Shown in pieces: positions 40,193 to 54,208 of a DNA stretch of 64,000 bases. The notes beneath the pieces are model-generated. The model made no database searches. It was given only the letters and a program-made list of their open reading frames with translations, and was not told the origin of the DNA. A program made the translations under genes and the position numbers. This DNA comes from Octopus vulgaris. Taxonomy: Eukaryota. The stretch spans positions 18,414,001-18,478,000 of the forward strand of contig OX597843.1 of the NCBI GenBank assembly GCA_951406725.2, in the 5' to 3' direction. Position 1 is the stretch's first letter, and every line of letters starts with the position of its first letter.

Positions 40193-42680
40193 AATATGTT
40201 AAATTACTCGGTAGTCAATATAAAACTCTGAGTTTCAGATGCCGAAGTGGAAATCCACAACACCATCTCTTCGGTTATCTGGCTATTTGAAAACGTTATG
40301 AAAAAATACCGTTAAATAAAGGGAAATTACTCTGTTATAACTCTGCTTGCCTGCGTACTTATACATCGCTCGCATTTTTCGTCATAAAAATTATATAAAA
40401 ATACATAAAAATATATAAAAATATATAAAAATATATAAATTCTTCTTGGGACATAACACAGAAAGCATGTTCTATCCGTTTTCTTTAGGGGACCAAAAAC
40501 GTAACAGAAATTTAGTCACATGTGGGCATGATCCGAAAAGCTCTGTCCTTGTATTTAGACATGTAGTAGGGTCTAAGCTGCTTTTTCAGATAAGCCATCT
40601 CTCCATGTCGCATAGACCGCACCTTCCGCTGCCGTTAGTATAGGGCTTACATCTGGCCAAAATCTTCCATTGTATGTTATAATCGACACCTTTATCTCTT
40701 AAAGACCAAATATGATTAGACAATTGTGTCGCTTTTCTTTTGTTCCAGTGCCTAAAGCTCAAAGTGTGGTTATTGAACCTGGCCTTGAAATTACCCTCTG
40801 TAAGGCCCACGTATTTATTCGTCGAAACGGTGTCTTTAGTGGTTATAGAGTTTACGGTAGCTTCATATATGATGGTCTTGGACATGCAAGCTCCATTTAG
40901 CGGGCACAATTCTTTATTCCTGCATGAACAGCTGTTTTCTTGTTGTGTTTTTTGTATGTTATGTTTGATTATGTTTTTAAAATTGGTAGTTGAACTAAAA
41001 CTAATTTTTAAATTGTGTCTATTGAAGAGTTTCCTATAGGTATAGTTAACTGGAAAATGTCTATCTATCAGTGCTAGGAAATATTTACCTATATTGAAGG
41101 CCACCTCGGGTGAGTAAGGGGGCGTAAACCAGATGACCTTCCTATTTCTATTATTCCTTTTCCTTACTGTTGGGCTAGTGATAGGTGTATATTTTATTTT
41201 ATCGCTAAAACCACTATCTTTTAAAGCCTTATTATAAACTGGGGCAACGCTATTGAAGATGTTCTCATCAGATGAGAGGCTAGAAATCCTCTTACTAATA
41301 TTTTTAACTAAATTTTTGAATACTATAGGGGGATGGCATGAACCTACATTAATATAACTTAGTCTATCATTGGGCTTCCTATAAGGCTTATAAATATTCT
41401 TATTAAGATCTAAGGAAACGTCTAAGAAATTGACAACCGTCAGGTTAGTATCTATAGTTATACTAAGTCCGAAGTGTTTCATTAATTTGATAATATCCTT
41501 CCTAAAACGATCCTGTGCTGGTCCATTTGTATTAGCTGTTAAGGCGAGGGCATCATCTTTGTAGATGGCGAAATGTACGTTAGGGAATGTCTTACCTAAA
41601 GTATCTAGGAGAAAAAGTCCAATTAGATCACAGATGTCTGCCCCATCATATGAACCCATGCTCACATCGAAAGCGCCCTCTGTGTCGGTGTATTTTACCC
41701 ACTTTGCGTCCTAACTGAAAAGTAAGGTCTTTCTAGCATGGAAGATTATTTCCTTATCATTGGTACTAATTTCTATGAAGTCACTAGCGAAGATGAGGGC
41801 TTTATCTAGCAATTCTTTAGAGATAGAGGCATAAAAATCAACAATATCGAATTGTGTAAACCTCGCTTTTTTCTTATTCTTAATAGCTTTAACCAGTCTA
41901 CGACTTCTATACTATTGGACCATTGTACTAGCCTAGTATCGGTCTTAATTTTCGTATTTATTTTATCTAAAATTGCTTTGCTAATAATCCCAATTTCTGA
42001 CTTGGCTGGGTTGATAAGCCTACATTTAGGGTTGGAAAGGAAGTTTTCTTTATGATCTTTAATAGTAATAAAGGCCTCTTTTTGGGGAAGGGCTTCTATT
42101 TTTTATCTAATTTAAGTTTAGCGGCGATGACGCTAGCTTCTTTATTGATTTCGTTATATGTCTGTGCCCTAGCCTTAGTATAATTATTAATGATGCTGTT
42201 GTGTAAGAGTTGTGTGTATTTGCTGTTATCTACCAGGTATAAGTTCTTGGTTTTATCCGAAAAAAGTGCTTTTTCTTGGAGCTCTTTATATGATTAATAT
42301 ATTTTTTCAATTTATGTTGGAAATCGTTAAAAGACTTACGAAATTTTATTTTGCTCATAATTTTCAGCAGGTCCGCTTCGAAATCTTCCAAGCCTTTTAT
42401 CCTGGGAGGGAATTTTTTGGATTTTATTCGATAGAAAATGTTTTCCTTGGTGTCCGCTTCTGTATAAAAAAAAAGCCTTCCATCTCATACGCTTAATTAC
42501 ATCAGTAATTTTCTGTAGAAGTTTTTTAGAGTAAAATTCCTTTGATGGGATCGGTATATTTTTCATAGAATAATCTATGTGATATGCATCCATATTAAAT
42601 TCTTCTGTATGTGAGAGTCCTCAACCGATGTTAGGCGATAATCCAAAAAGGCCGTATTAGCTCTTAGTTGAGAATAACGT
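40190..42680 (-). mobile_element. Near-full-length Penelope-like element (Naiad-type RT plus C-terminal GIY-YIG), inactivated
   Basis: YSMKNIPIPS...KRMRWKAFF, FDIVDFYASI, GSYDGADICDLIG, YKDD, NFLDV, CSCRNKELCPLNGAC, IIYEA/YVGLT...R..NH, CGLC. ORF spans ~42593-40464 with frameshifts, TAG near 41712 and TGA at 40586; (TA)n on both sides. Confidence 0.92.
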
Positions 42681-43802
42681 CGTATATATATATATGCATA
42701 ATTGTGTGCGTTGTGTTCCGCTACTTCAATGAAAAAATGTATGGTAAATAAACAAATGACGCAACATATATATATATATGCGCACATATATATAAAAACA
42801 TTCACTAACTCTTACGAACAGAGGCTAAAACCATTTTATTGGTAAGTTACGGTTTTAATTATATTATATCACCCATCTATTGGCCATCGTCCAGCCTCCT
42901 CAGCTGCATTTAGGATGGGATAAAAAGGGTCTCCACCGTTAAGACCTCATAACTTTCTGTTCCCAAATTACCGAAAATGTTTTTTTATGCTTTTAATTTT
43001 ACTTCAGTAATTTTCAGTTAATCCATTAGCATTGGCACTAGCCACGTCGGGCCAAAATATTCTTCCTCTTTTCTGTTGAAACTGAACAGATCAGCCCTTT
43101 CATAACCACCATGCAAAGTTATTCTAAAAGTAAACAATCACATAATCAAAATCTCAAAGTTAGAAGATAACGTATGATTAATTGTAAACGATGTAAATAA
43201 ATAAGTAATTCATCTGAATGTTGAAGGAGTATCCCATTATAGCTGGTACACTTATGAAACAGCAATTCCATCTCAAATTATAACAAGTGTGGTCTTTTTT
43301 CAGGACACATTTCAGGTACGAGGGAGTGGTTAAGAATGTTAGCAGTACAAAGAATCGGGCCGGTATTTTTCTTGTAGTTGAGTTTTGTTAAGTATTGCTT
43401 GGAGCCGAGAAGGGTCAAACGACAGTAGAGGCGGTTGAATTGCAAAAATTTGAAGAAATTTGTGATGTGTGTTGGTGAGATTTAGGAGTCTGAGAGGAGG
43501 ATGACAAAGCGATTGATCATAATACTTGGAATAAATTTGGGATGCATGTTATATATATTTATATTTCTGTGGATATCTATATCTATGTTGACTACTTTAT
43601 GTTTCTGATACTGTGTATTAATGTACGAGATTATATGTTTATATATGTGCGTATATGTGTGTGTGTGTTTGCATGTATGTAAGCGCTTGTATGTATATAT
43701 TAGGTATTTGTAAATGCATATATTACGTATATATTATGTATTTGTAAATGTGATGTATATATTATGTATTTGTAAATTCAAGTTTGAATATTTCAGATTT
43801 AT

Positions 43803-43854
<52 letters not shown>

Positions 43855-44399
43855 TATATACACACATATATATATATATGCCTACATAGAAACAAACACA
43901 CACACACATATAAGCTATTTGGAAAGTGTTGACTTGTCGATTGTCAGGTTGACTCTTGTTTTACATTACAGCTTTGATGGGCCTCGGGGCTTGCTATAGG
44001 ATTATTTAGAATTACTGAAATGCATGAATGTCGGTCAGTATTTATGCTTCCATGAATAAATAACGTCAGAGAATTTAACAGCGAGGAGTTGTGGAGGCGA
44101 AGAATAGTTAATGACCCTTTTATACATAATATACATTTCCCTATATTTGTGTTGTGGAGGGGAGCTTCATATACTACGGACCACGATGGAGCGTATTGGA
44201 CATTCTTTTGAATTGAGGTTGTATATGTGTTGCTAAAGATTGAAATAGTTTAGATTTGGGATAAGTGAAAGAATACATATGAGCACGACGATGGCATTCA
44301 AAATCATCAGTGCCACAAATATACACCCTTGCCTGGTGGGTGCATGGTGTCATCACGTGGCATTTATAGATTACGCTTTTGAGGAGACAGGAGCCTGCA

Positions 44400-44753
44400 T
44401 ACCGTATATTTCAGAAGCGCGACAGTTGCAAGTGGTTGGCGTTTACTATTAGTAATGTTGATGTTGGTTGGTTTGTTGTTGGTGGGGAGAATCTAAATTA
44501 AGATTTATATTAGTATCGGATTGGGAGGTTGTAATGGAACTAATATTTGTTGTCTCGTAGATAGGGTTGTAGAATGTTGGCTTAAGTCTAGTATTATACA
44601 ATTGAGCTGGCTTATTAAGGTTTGTATTATTGTATTGTCAAAGCTAGCTTGGGATGCAATGCAAGAGTTTAGATACTTAGAGTTGGTGATACTTAGACTG
44701 GTGTTGGAGTTTATGTTTTTTCGAGGAGGTTATTATATAGTTATATATATAAC

Positions 44754-44827
<74 letters not shown>

Positions 44828-45790
44828 CTATAGTGAGGTGCAGTAGAATAGGAGATCTTCACTGATGATTTATTAAAGAACGAATAAGATTTTAAGTTGT
44901 GGACAAAAATTAGATTTTATAATTTGAAAAATAATTTTGCTAGAGATTTAACTTGGAGCGAGAACGGTGATACAAACCATAGGAGTTCGCGTTTCCTAGC
45001 CTTTGATTGTTTACAATGTGTGAATGAAGTTCGCTGATTCGAAAATGGAGGTTTGTAGTTGTTATAGGCTCGAGGTGGCCAATGATGCGAAGGAGTTAAG
45101 GTGAGTTTTTTGTGGAGTTGCTGGATTGGTGTCGAGTTGAAGTAATGACCTTTGAATCAGTGGAAGAGATTTGCTATTTCAGTTTTAAGCTTCGTGTTAT
45201 TGATATAATAGGTATTTCGAAAAATTCTATTCATTTTGAGGGCCTGATTATAATGATATACATGTGACTACGCTATAAGGGGATACATTTTGGATGATTA
45301 CAGTGGACATTTAAGTATTGTAAAGATTGGTTTGGTTTATAGAAAGAACGGTATAAATTAGTGTTTAAATAAAGGGTAACGTCCAAAAAATTGGTATCAA
45401 TTTCGAATGAAATACTTAGGATGAAGATTTTGAAGAGTTTGCGTAGGGCTGTCCTTGTGTGCTCTACTGAAGGTTCAGTTAATCCAGTTACTGCAAGAAT
45501 TTGCATCATCCCTCTATTGTCCGCCGGTTATGTTAGGGAAGCTTTGTTTAATCTGGGGGATGAGGAACAAGCCCACAAGGTCTGTGCGTGGGCTGAGTCC
45601 GATGAGTCCATTGTTATATCGAAGTAATCCATAGATTCGTTGGGTGTTCAATAATTACACTTAAATTGAATTAGAGTTTTCTTCATTGCCAGAGTGATAT
45701 TCATATCCGATCTGCGGATGGTAGCATACTTTCGGGCAAATATTAAGGTTTTATCCAAAAGTATTTGTGATATTGACGGGTAATCATTTG
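44400..45790 (-). mobile_element. Older degenerate Penelope-like RT
   Basis: FDITM..., NFLDVTLYLNTNLYRSFYKPNQSLQYLNVHCNHP, homologous to the element at 40190-42680. Confidence 0.75.
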
Positions 45791-45863
45791 TTACTGTTTT
45801 ATAATTTAGAGTTGAGGAATTATGTATGATATTTGAATTGGACGGGTAGATGTCTACACTTTA

Positions 45864-45925
45864 TTGTTAACAGGACACCTGAAGAAGGCTGGAGAATACC
45901 TCAGCCGAAACGTTGTAGTAACAAC
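45864..45925 (+). ncRNA. Minimal hammerhead-ribozyme-like motif
   Basis: TTGTTAAC...CTGAAGA A GGCTG-loop-CAGCC GAAA CGTTGTA GTAACAA. Confidence 0.6.
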
Positions 45926-45974
45926 TAACAAGATGAGGATACCTGTCCGTCGATTGTAAATATTCTTTTCTACT

Positions 45975-46170
45975 CTAGTTTCAAAGTCCGAAATTTGGGG
46001 GTAGGGCCCAGTTGATTAGATCGACCCCACTACGCAACGGGTTCTTAATGTTTCAAACCCGAAAGGATGAATGGTAAAGTCGAAATCGGCGGCATTTTGA
46101 ACTCAGAACTTAAAGACAGAACGCTAAGCATTTTGCCCTGCGTGCTAACGTTTCTGCCAACTCGGCGCCT
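45975..46170 (-). mobile_element. SINE family B
   Basis: Reverse complement of GGCGCCGAGTTGGCAGAAACGTTAGCACGC...GAGTTCAAAATGCCGCCG. Confidence 0.75.
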
Positions 46171-47027
46171 TGTCCATTGTAAATATTGCAATAATTTGAT
46201 ATGTCAAACTGAAGTAAATTAGTGCGTTTATGGTGGAGAGCGGGAAACCAAAAATAACGTCTCATGTGCAATTCCATAGCGGGAGATCAACGTTATTCCT
46301 GACACGGCGTATAATACGGTCAATAATGCATTAGCTAATTCAACCTAAGTCGGATTTTCTGGGACAAATGAGTCGGATGGAAAGCCTAGAATAGAAGTTA
46401 TAGCCTCCCTCCCATACCCTTATCTGATATCGAACCGGTTAAGTCCATCCTTGTTTCACTAATTTAACTTGGACACAAACTAAACCACTTTCTACCACTC
46501 ACCACCTTTAATACTATCAGTCGGCTTATGATCTTGAAATCTATTTTCTCCATCCTGCAACTATTCTCTGTCTAAATATCCCTAACTTCCCTTCCTAATA
46601 GATGTAGCTCTCTATAAAATCAACCAGTCCTTAACCTCTATCATGTCAACATTTTAAATACAAAATCTTTAATATAAAATTCTTCCCCCGGAGAGGTGAT
46701 GTTATCCAACAATGGACCCTGATATCTGTCATATATCAGGACCACAAAGATCCATGAAACGGCCGTAGAACATTTAAAACTCTACCTATTCTATTCGTGA
46801 TACTGTTTTTTCTGAAAATTGGACTATGTATTCTTAATAACCACAGACATTTACCTTTTTGATTTCGATTCAATGTATCTTCATATGTAAATGTAAATAA
46901 ATATCTAGCTTGCTTGTCGTGGCTTTACATATCTAACGTCTCAAGTTCTAATCTTTTCAGCACTTCGAAGTGTTTCTATATACAGTGAAAACCTGTATCT
47001 AAAGTAGAAAATAAAATATATATATGA

Positions 47028-47073
<46 letters not shown>

Positions 47074-47159
47074 ACATATACATACACACGTCTATATATA
47101 TATATATATATATAAAATATAATACGTCTATATATATATATATATATGTATATACATGT

Positions 47160-47525
47160 ATTTATTTATATTAAGGGCATTACTATATAGAAATGCCTCA
47201 CGCTATGAGGGACTCTTGAAGTCAACACTACTATAATAACCACATTGTAACAAACGCAAGGATATATGTGTTCGTCTGGTACGTTGATTTTGTTTATTTT
47301 TATATGTCTTGACTATGCTTGCACTAATGAGTGAAAAGTGCATTTTGTGCACTAATTACGAAATCATATGATGTACAGCTGAGTCTGTTTCTGGAGGCTC
47401 GCTTTGTTGAGAGTTGCATTCCCTCGCGTTCGGTACAATGTGGGCATTATAGTAGTTTTGACTTCAAGAGACCCTCCTAGCGTGAGGCATTTGTGTATAG
47501 TAATGCCCTTAATATAAATAAATAT
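47160..47525. repeat. Fold-back element with ~100-bp inverted arms next to (TA)n
   Basis: TTTATTTATATTAAGGGCATTACTATA...AAATGCCTCACGCTA versus TAGCGTGAGGCATTT...TATAGTAATGCCCTTAATATAAATAAA. Confidence 0.88.
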
Positions 47526-47674
47526 ATTTATAGGGAATAATTAATAAATTTTCCCTTATGAGGTTTTTCACGCTAACTACTTGATAAATCCTCGTAAAGA
47601 TTTTATACTATATTTCAATTATATATATTTATTGGTAGCCCCAAACTCAGTTTGTTATATACACACACACACAC

Positions 47675-47743
<69 letters not shown>

Positions 47744-49284
47744 TGTATATATCTATGTATATGTGAACGTGTGTATATATATGTGTATGTGTTTCAGTTT
47801 GTCCACCATTACCGCTTGGGAACAGGTTCTGGTTTGTTCACGCCCCAGTAATTTGGCCGATCGGAATCTTGTTAAATTCCTTACAACCACTTGAAGCTTC
47901 TCAAATTTTTGCCACATCATTTTCAAAGCATTTACGTCTGATGCAGAATTGCCTGCCGCTGACGATAATTGCATTCATGTTTTTCTTTTTTCTGGTAATT
48001 AATAATAAAGAAATCAAAAGTATAAAGTTGCGTAACTGTAGGCAAATCAGCGTAAGGGACAGCGAGAATACGCATCAGGCTTAACAACAAGTACTGGGGT
48101 CGATTTGTTCGACTAAAACACTTTAAGGCAGTGCCCCAGCATGGGCGTAGCCCAATGGATGTCAAACGTAAGGGATTGTTTTCAGCTCTGGTTTAAATTC
48201 TACGCCATAAATTAGAATTGACGGATCTCATCGAAGACAGCGAGCGGGAATTGAGGTTTGTGTTCCTGAAATTTTAAATGATGCAACAATAGAAAATGAT
48301 CTATCTATCGATCAATCAATCGATCATCTGTCTATCTATCTATGTATGTATGTATGTATCTATCTATCTGTCTATCAATCTCTCTCTCTATCGATATATA
48401 TATATATATACACATATATACATACACACACACATATATACATATATTTACTTATACATGCACACAATATATATGTATTTATATATACATATACACACAA
48501 ACACACAGAGACACACTCATGCACACACACATATACATAATATAAAGGGACATTAATATTAAATCATGGCTCTGGTCAACCACATCGAATGGTATGGCAA
48601 AACGGGAAACTCTTTATGGTAAACAATCATTGTCTTCCACTTAGTTCCAAAATTCCGAGTTCACTATTTCGTGTTTTATCCTGTTTAAAAGACATTAAAA
48701 TAAGAACGAAAAATTACACATGCAGAAACTTGTTTTGTACCATATTATATGTACTATACAATTTAGTCATTTTATATCTTTGAACGACACGCCTTTCTAC
48801 TGCATGGATATCCTAAGCATTAGCATCACGTTACATCCTGCTGGTTGAAAATTGAACCACCTGTATGCAGTAGTAATAACTTTAGAATTAGTTACTGTTA
48901 TTGGTGGAATGTAGAATACGGTTGCATGCCATTGCTTCAATATTGAATCAACAGGACGCAACCTTACACCAGGCATCACAGTGTGCGATCATACACATAT
49001 AAACACACACGCACATATACACACACTTATATATATATGTGTGTGTGTGTGACTGACTTCTTGCAGTTTCTGTTTACCAAATTCACTCACAAAGACGTTG
49101 GGGCTTAATAGATGACGCTTGCTGAAGATGCTGCACAGAGGAAACGGATCCAAGACTGTTTGGTTTTGGAAACTTATTACTACAACGCCACCCCTGCACC
49201 TGCATATATACACACACATAAACGTATGTATGCATGTATTTATGTAGGTAGTTATGTATGTATTATGTGTGTATGTATGTACGT

Positions 49285-49319
<35 letters not shown>

Positions 49320-49505
49320 CGGACGCCATGATGGATCGTTAGCCACTACACACATTTTTCTCTCCTTGTTTTTTCTGTGTCCCTTTCTGTAGACGTGCGT
49401 AGGCTCGAAACGTAAAATACTTTTTCTATTCCTGAGCGTTATACTAATACATCTGTTTGTACACTACCTACCTTCGTCTTTGTTTAATTTCGTAAACTTT
49501 CCCTT

Positions 49506-49546
<41 letters not shown>

Positions 49547-49654
49547 TATATACATATATATTGTCAATGATAATAAGGGTAAAATTAATTAATTAATTAG
49601 TAATTAATAATTTTACCAAGCAGTGTTCAGTATGTAAAAGACCATTTACGGTAA

Positions 49655-49863
49655 ATTTAAACATTACTATATATGATTAGGGTTCAGCAAAAAATTTACT
49701 TTACCACATACCGAACTTTTAGAAATAGCAGCCAAAGAATTTAGCTATTTCCTCTACTATAAGAAGAGTCTCCCAGACAATGTATACTCAAAAACAATTT
49801 CTAAAAGTTCGGTATGTGGTAAAGCAAAATCTTTTTGCTGATCCCTAATTATATAAAGTAATG

Positions 49864-49868
<5 letters not shown>
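49655..49868. repeat. Fold-back with ~70-bp inverted arms inside a microsatellite-flanked element
   Basis: CTTTACCACATACCGAACTTTTAGAAAT versus ATTTCTAAAAGTTCGGTATGTGGTAAAG, extending to AAACATTAC/GTAATGTTT. Confidence 0.85.
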
Positions 49869-49917
<49 letters not shown>

Positions 49918-51689
49918 CTATCATAATTCACTATCTATTTTATAGCACAAGTAAGTACATTCTATAGTCATTAACACGCAGAAAATAAATATGTCCAGCA
50001 TATTCCTTTAACTTAACTCATTAATACAAATAAATTATTATTTACTGACTAATTATAAATTTATATTAATTTGATTTATATCTATATAAAAATGAAATTA
50101 TTTCTATACTCTCCATCCCTATATAAGATACTAAAATTATTAGTATCTTATTGTGGCTGTTAAATAGTTAAGTATTGGAAGTTGCTATTCTCCCTACCCC
50201 ATCAGTTTCAGCCTACTAACTTTAGCTGAAAAAGTTTAAAATGTACCAGATGAAGGTTCTTCAAAGAGAGCTTCATTTATGGGCCTGCCACTGTCTCTTC
50301 CTCTATCTATAAATAGATAGATTCTTGGGGCTGTCTCCACTGAACTTAATAGAATACTATCAAACCCCCTCCCCAATAGTAAATCTAAATAATAATGTAC
50401 ATTCAGTGGTAAGAAATATATCCATGATTAAATATCATTTACTACCATGTTTCTGTTGATGAGACTTGCTTCTCTGTCTATCAACCTACCCTCTTTGTAA
50501 CGTTGGTAAATGGAGAAAGTATAAAAATGGATCTATTCAGTTTAACTTAAAAATTCCATATGCAGCTGACGATTGCTCAACTTGCATTGTTTAATTAAAT
50601 GAAGTCACATGAAACGATTGTACTGCACTACCGTTGGATATCCTTGTTGCTTATTTTGATTATATTTATATATATATATAATCGAGATGCACAGTCACAA
50701 AATATGTGTGTGCATGTGTGTTTGTGTATGTGAGTAACCTAGCCTCTTCTAAATGCACCATCACAGCAAAGTGGTTGTGGAGATTTAAACACGCGGACTG
50801 CAATACTGCTATACCAGAATTGAACAATTGACTATATTATTAATCAGATATGCATTCCCATACCTGCAAATTCTCTATACATTTGTACATTACTGTTCCG
50901 TGGTTTCTCGCTCATACATCTGCAAATATATAATTTATGCGCGATATATTATTTATACACGGACGAGTACAAAACAGACACCGAACACATTGTATTTAAA
51001 TGTGTTTAAGAAAAGAGACGTCAAGCGTCAGTCCTTCTAAACAGTATAAAGGAATAATCAAGACCGGTGCTTGGTGATAAAGCTGTAAATAAAGGAGAAA
51101 GGAGAAAGAAATAACAGGCCATTTTGATACGAAAGAATCTTCAACCCGCGTCCAGATGCGGTGTCAAAACGTTAACGCTGTAAAGACGGACCTATCTCTA
51201 AACGCCACTGACCCAATGAGTAACAAGACCGAAAGAGAACCATGGTCAGATGATAACGATGACAATGATGTGATATACGCATTCTACAATGCAACTCTAT
51301 ACACAAAACACACAGGAATAACCACACACAATAAATACCCAAGAAAATGAACAACCCGCACAACATATGCCATACAGGCGCGATACCCAGCTGAACACAA
51401 CTCGCAGCACTATACACTCAAAGCGCAATATTAACTATGATAGAACAGAAGACTCAAACCAAGCCGCATAACAAAGCATACTAATGCAATACAATACTCT
51501 CCAAACAAAACAAAAGAACTATAACGAGAAGAGTTCATAGGTCACCATTTATAATGACGTTGTGTGGAAAGAAGAACGATGAGATTTGAATGAGTTGTAA
51601 AAGCGACGACTTATTCTTTTTGTTATAATAAAAGAATATTGTGAAACGGAATGATGTTAATACTACAGTCGGGAACAAACATTGAAATA

Positions 51690-53160
51690 ACTTCAGTTCA
51701 GCTGGGTCTGATGATGTGGTCTGCTCTCTGTTGCTGCAATGATAAAGACGGATGCCGATCGGTTGAAGAAAGCTGTGAAACTGACAGGGGTCTGTTCATC
51801 GGTGGCTGGTCCAAAGACCAAAACCGGAAGAAACTAGCATTTTTATTTCCATAGGTAGGCTCCACAGGCAAAAATGATTTTCCCCGCGTTGGGAACACAC
51901 TCTGTTCCAAACTCACGATTGAACAATTAAACTGACCAATAGCTGCAACTAATTTGGCCAACGACTGGGTCATGGGACTTGATGCTAAGAAAAGCTCTGG
52001 TTAGCCAAATATCTGGTATTTAAGGTTAAAACAACCAAATTGACCAGATGTCTAATATTAAAATTAGGTGTAAGTGCTAAACAGTTCTGCTGCGTAACAC
52101 AGTGCTACACACACCTCAGCAACACGAAATGATAGCACGTGATGCAATAGAAACTGACTTAAAATGATCAGATGTCAAATATTAACAGAGGTGGTGATGA
52201 TGGTGACGGACATTAGCTTACCTCAGTTTATGAGAGACATAACTCACAGGTGGTGACAACGAAAATGAGGCTGGACCTTTAAGGGTATGCCTCTCGCTCG
52301 GCAGCGGTTCAGTACAGATGTAGGCTGACTGTAGCTGTTATACTAAGACGTCCTCAGCAGATAATAGAGTAAGGAGAAGGAAGCTGAGCAGCGGAGAAAA
52401 TAGGATAGTGAGGCAGGGCTACTTATAAAGGAACCGAAAAAGGGTTAGAGAAACGGATGTTAAGACAGTTTAGAGCAGGGTATGTTTAAAGTGACTGAGC
52501 AGAAAGTAGCAGACCAGGATAAAGTTATTAAGAGAAGAAAATGGATAATAGAATTATAGGTGGAGTAGTAGTAGTAGAAAAACAAAAAATGAAAAACATA
52601 CGATATACTATTCAAACCAAAAGAAAACGTCATAATAGCAGCAGAGGTCAAGAAGGGACAACTGGCATCATCGACTCAAGCGATGTAAGTGAAGAAAAGT
52701 GAAGAGTTTTAGATAAGTTGCAGGGATCAGTGAATAAAGAAAGGAAACGGTTACCAGTATTCAAAGATGAAACTAGAATGAAATTGCAAGGATATTCCTA
52801 GGAAGGTAGATTCTGTTACCAATAGGATGGACACTAATATTGTAGATGACACTAACTTATTGATGCATGCATGAAGGACAGATTTACTAGAAGAGTAGGT
52901 ATTCCTTAAGAAAATAATAAGAAGGAGCAGATGTGGCAAATGTGAGTAGAAGAAAAAGTGAAGATAAGATTTGAGTACAATAGAAACTTGGAAACAGGAC
53001 AGGTTAGGAGACACAGGATTTAAATCTCTTGAGAAAATATAATTAGTCAAAGAGAAAGGATTTGAGGTAAGAGATGGAAATCTTATCACAGCAATAGCAG
53101 GCAGGTTTTCCAGATATCAGAGAAAAATAGACCAGTATCAGCAGAAGAGATTCTTTGAGA
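51690..53160 (-). mobile_element. Probable highly degenerate LINE 5' region (ORF1 / AP-endonuclease)
   Basis: Purine-skewed + strand; broken minus-strand ORFs rich in S/L/F, as in decayed LINE endonuclease regions; no splice structure. Confidence 0.4.
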
Positions 53161-53311
53161 TAGACGAAAGGAGATTTTAAAATATTTATTTGTAACTTTT
53201 CAAGCTAAAAATTCGCCCTTACAGGGCGAATTTGGAAACCCAATGGAGGAAACAACAAATATCAAGGGAAATTTACACAGATCCTAACACGCAACTAACA
53301 TATCCAGGAAC

Positions 53312-53591
<280 letters not shown>

Positions 53592-54148
53592 AAATGCCCT
53601 GATGCAGTACCAGGCAGTAGCTCTCATGACTCCTGAACTTAACCGATTGGAAATGTTATCATGTACATTGTTTTGTCTTGGTATAAAAGATGGGCTACAA
53701 CAAATATTCTGCTCAATACCACAGATTTGCTTGTCAGTTGTTTGACCTTAACCAGTTGAGCATGGCCCTTAGTGGCTGACGATATGTGCCTCTCTGATCG
53801 CAAGCAGAAGTTGTGGGGGAGCATCATAGCCATGTGTTGAGAGGGATTCTTTGGGGTTTGAATAATTCGTCTCTGGAAACATGGGTGTTTCGTTCAACTT
53901 CCTTAAACAACCCTTATTCAGGGACCTTTCGAGTGGGACGGGTTACTCGACCAGAAGAAAATTCTAACTGGGCCCCACCTACAAGGTCATGTGCTGTTTA
54001 TCTTGATATGAGATTACCATGTCATGCACATATGGTTGTGATGCATGTGCCTGGTGTACCCTTATCAGACGGGTAGTCATGAGGGGTATACGGGGCTTCG
54101 TATATTTTACCCAAGTGTCACTTTGATGGCATGTGTTGTACTCTCACT
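53592..54148 (+). mobile_element. Single copy of the ~550-bp non-coding element seen at 1790-2842
   Basis: AAATGCCCTGATGCAGTACCAGGCAG...TTTTACCCAAGTGTCACTTTGATGGCATG; flanked by trinucleotide repeats. Confidence 0.85.
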
Positions 54149-54176
54149 CAATAATAATAATAGTAGTAGTAGTAGT

Positions 54177-54208
<32 letters not shown>

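Larger units (their letters stand above)
29910..44265 (+). repeat. Recent tandem segmental duplication: 29910-34320 versus 36822-44265
   Basis: 29910-33055 matches 36822-39910 and 33155-34320 matches 42690-44265, both near-identical; copy 2 additionally carries 39910-42680. Confidence 0.93.

Noticed and set aside
40586-40588. In-frame TGA in the Naiad ORF as possible selenocysteine (some Naiads encode selenoproteins); the frame continues KSSLDPTTCLNTRTELFGSCPH
   Set aside because: It is not at a Cys position of the Zn-binding motifs (all are TGT/TGC), the element also has a TAG and frameshifts, and I saw no SECIS. A nonsense mutation is simpler.
48797-48979. 60-aa minus-strand ORF in unique-looking sequence
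   Set aside because: No domain motif, no splice support and no paralog in the window.
51651-51854. Cys-rich ORF (ALCCCNDKDGC) as a possible further LU exon
   Set aside because: No LU spacing, no convincing splice sites, and it overlaps a probable minus-strand LINE remnant.
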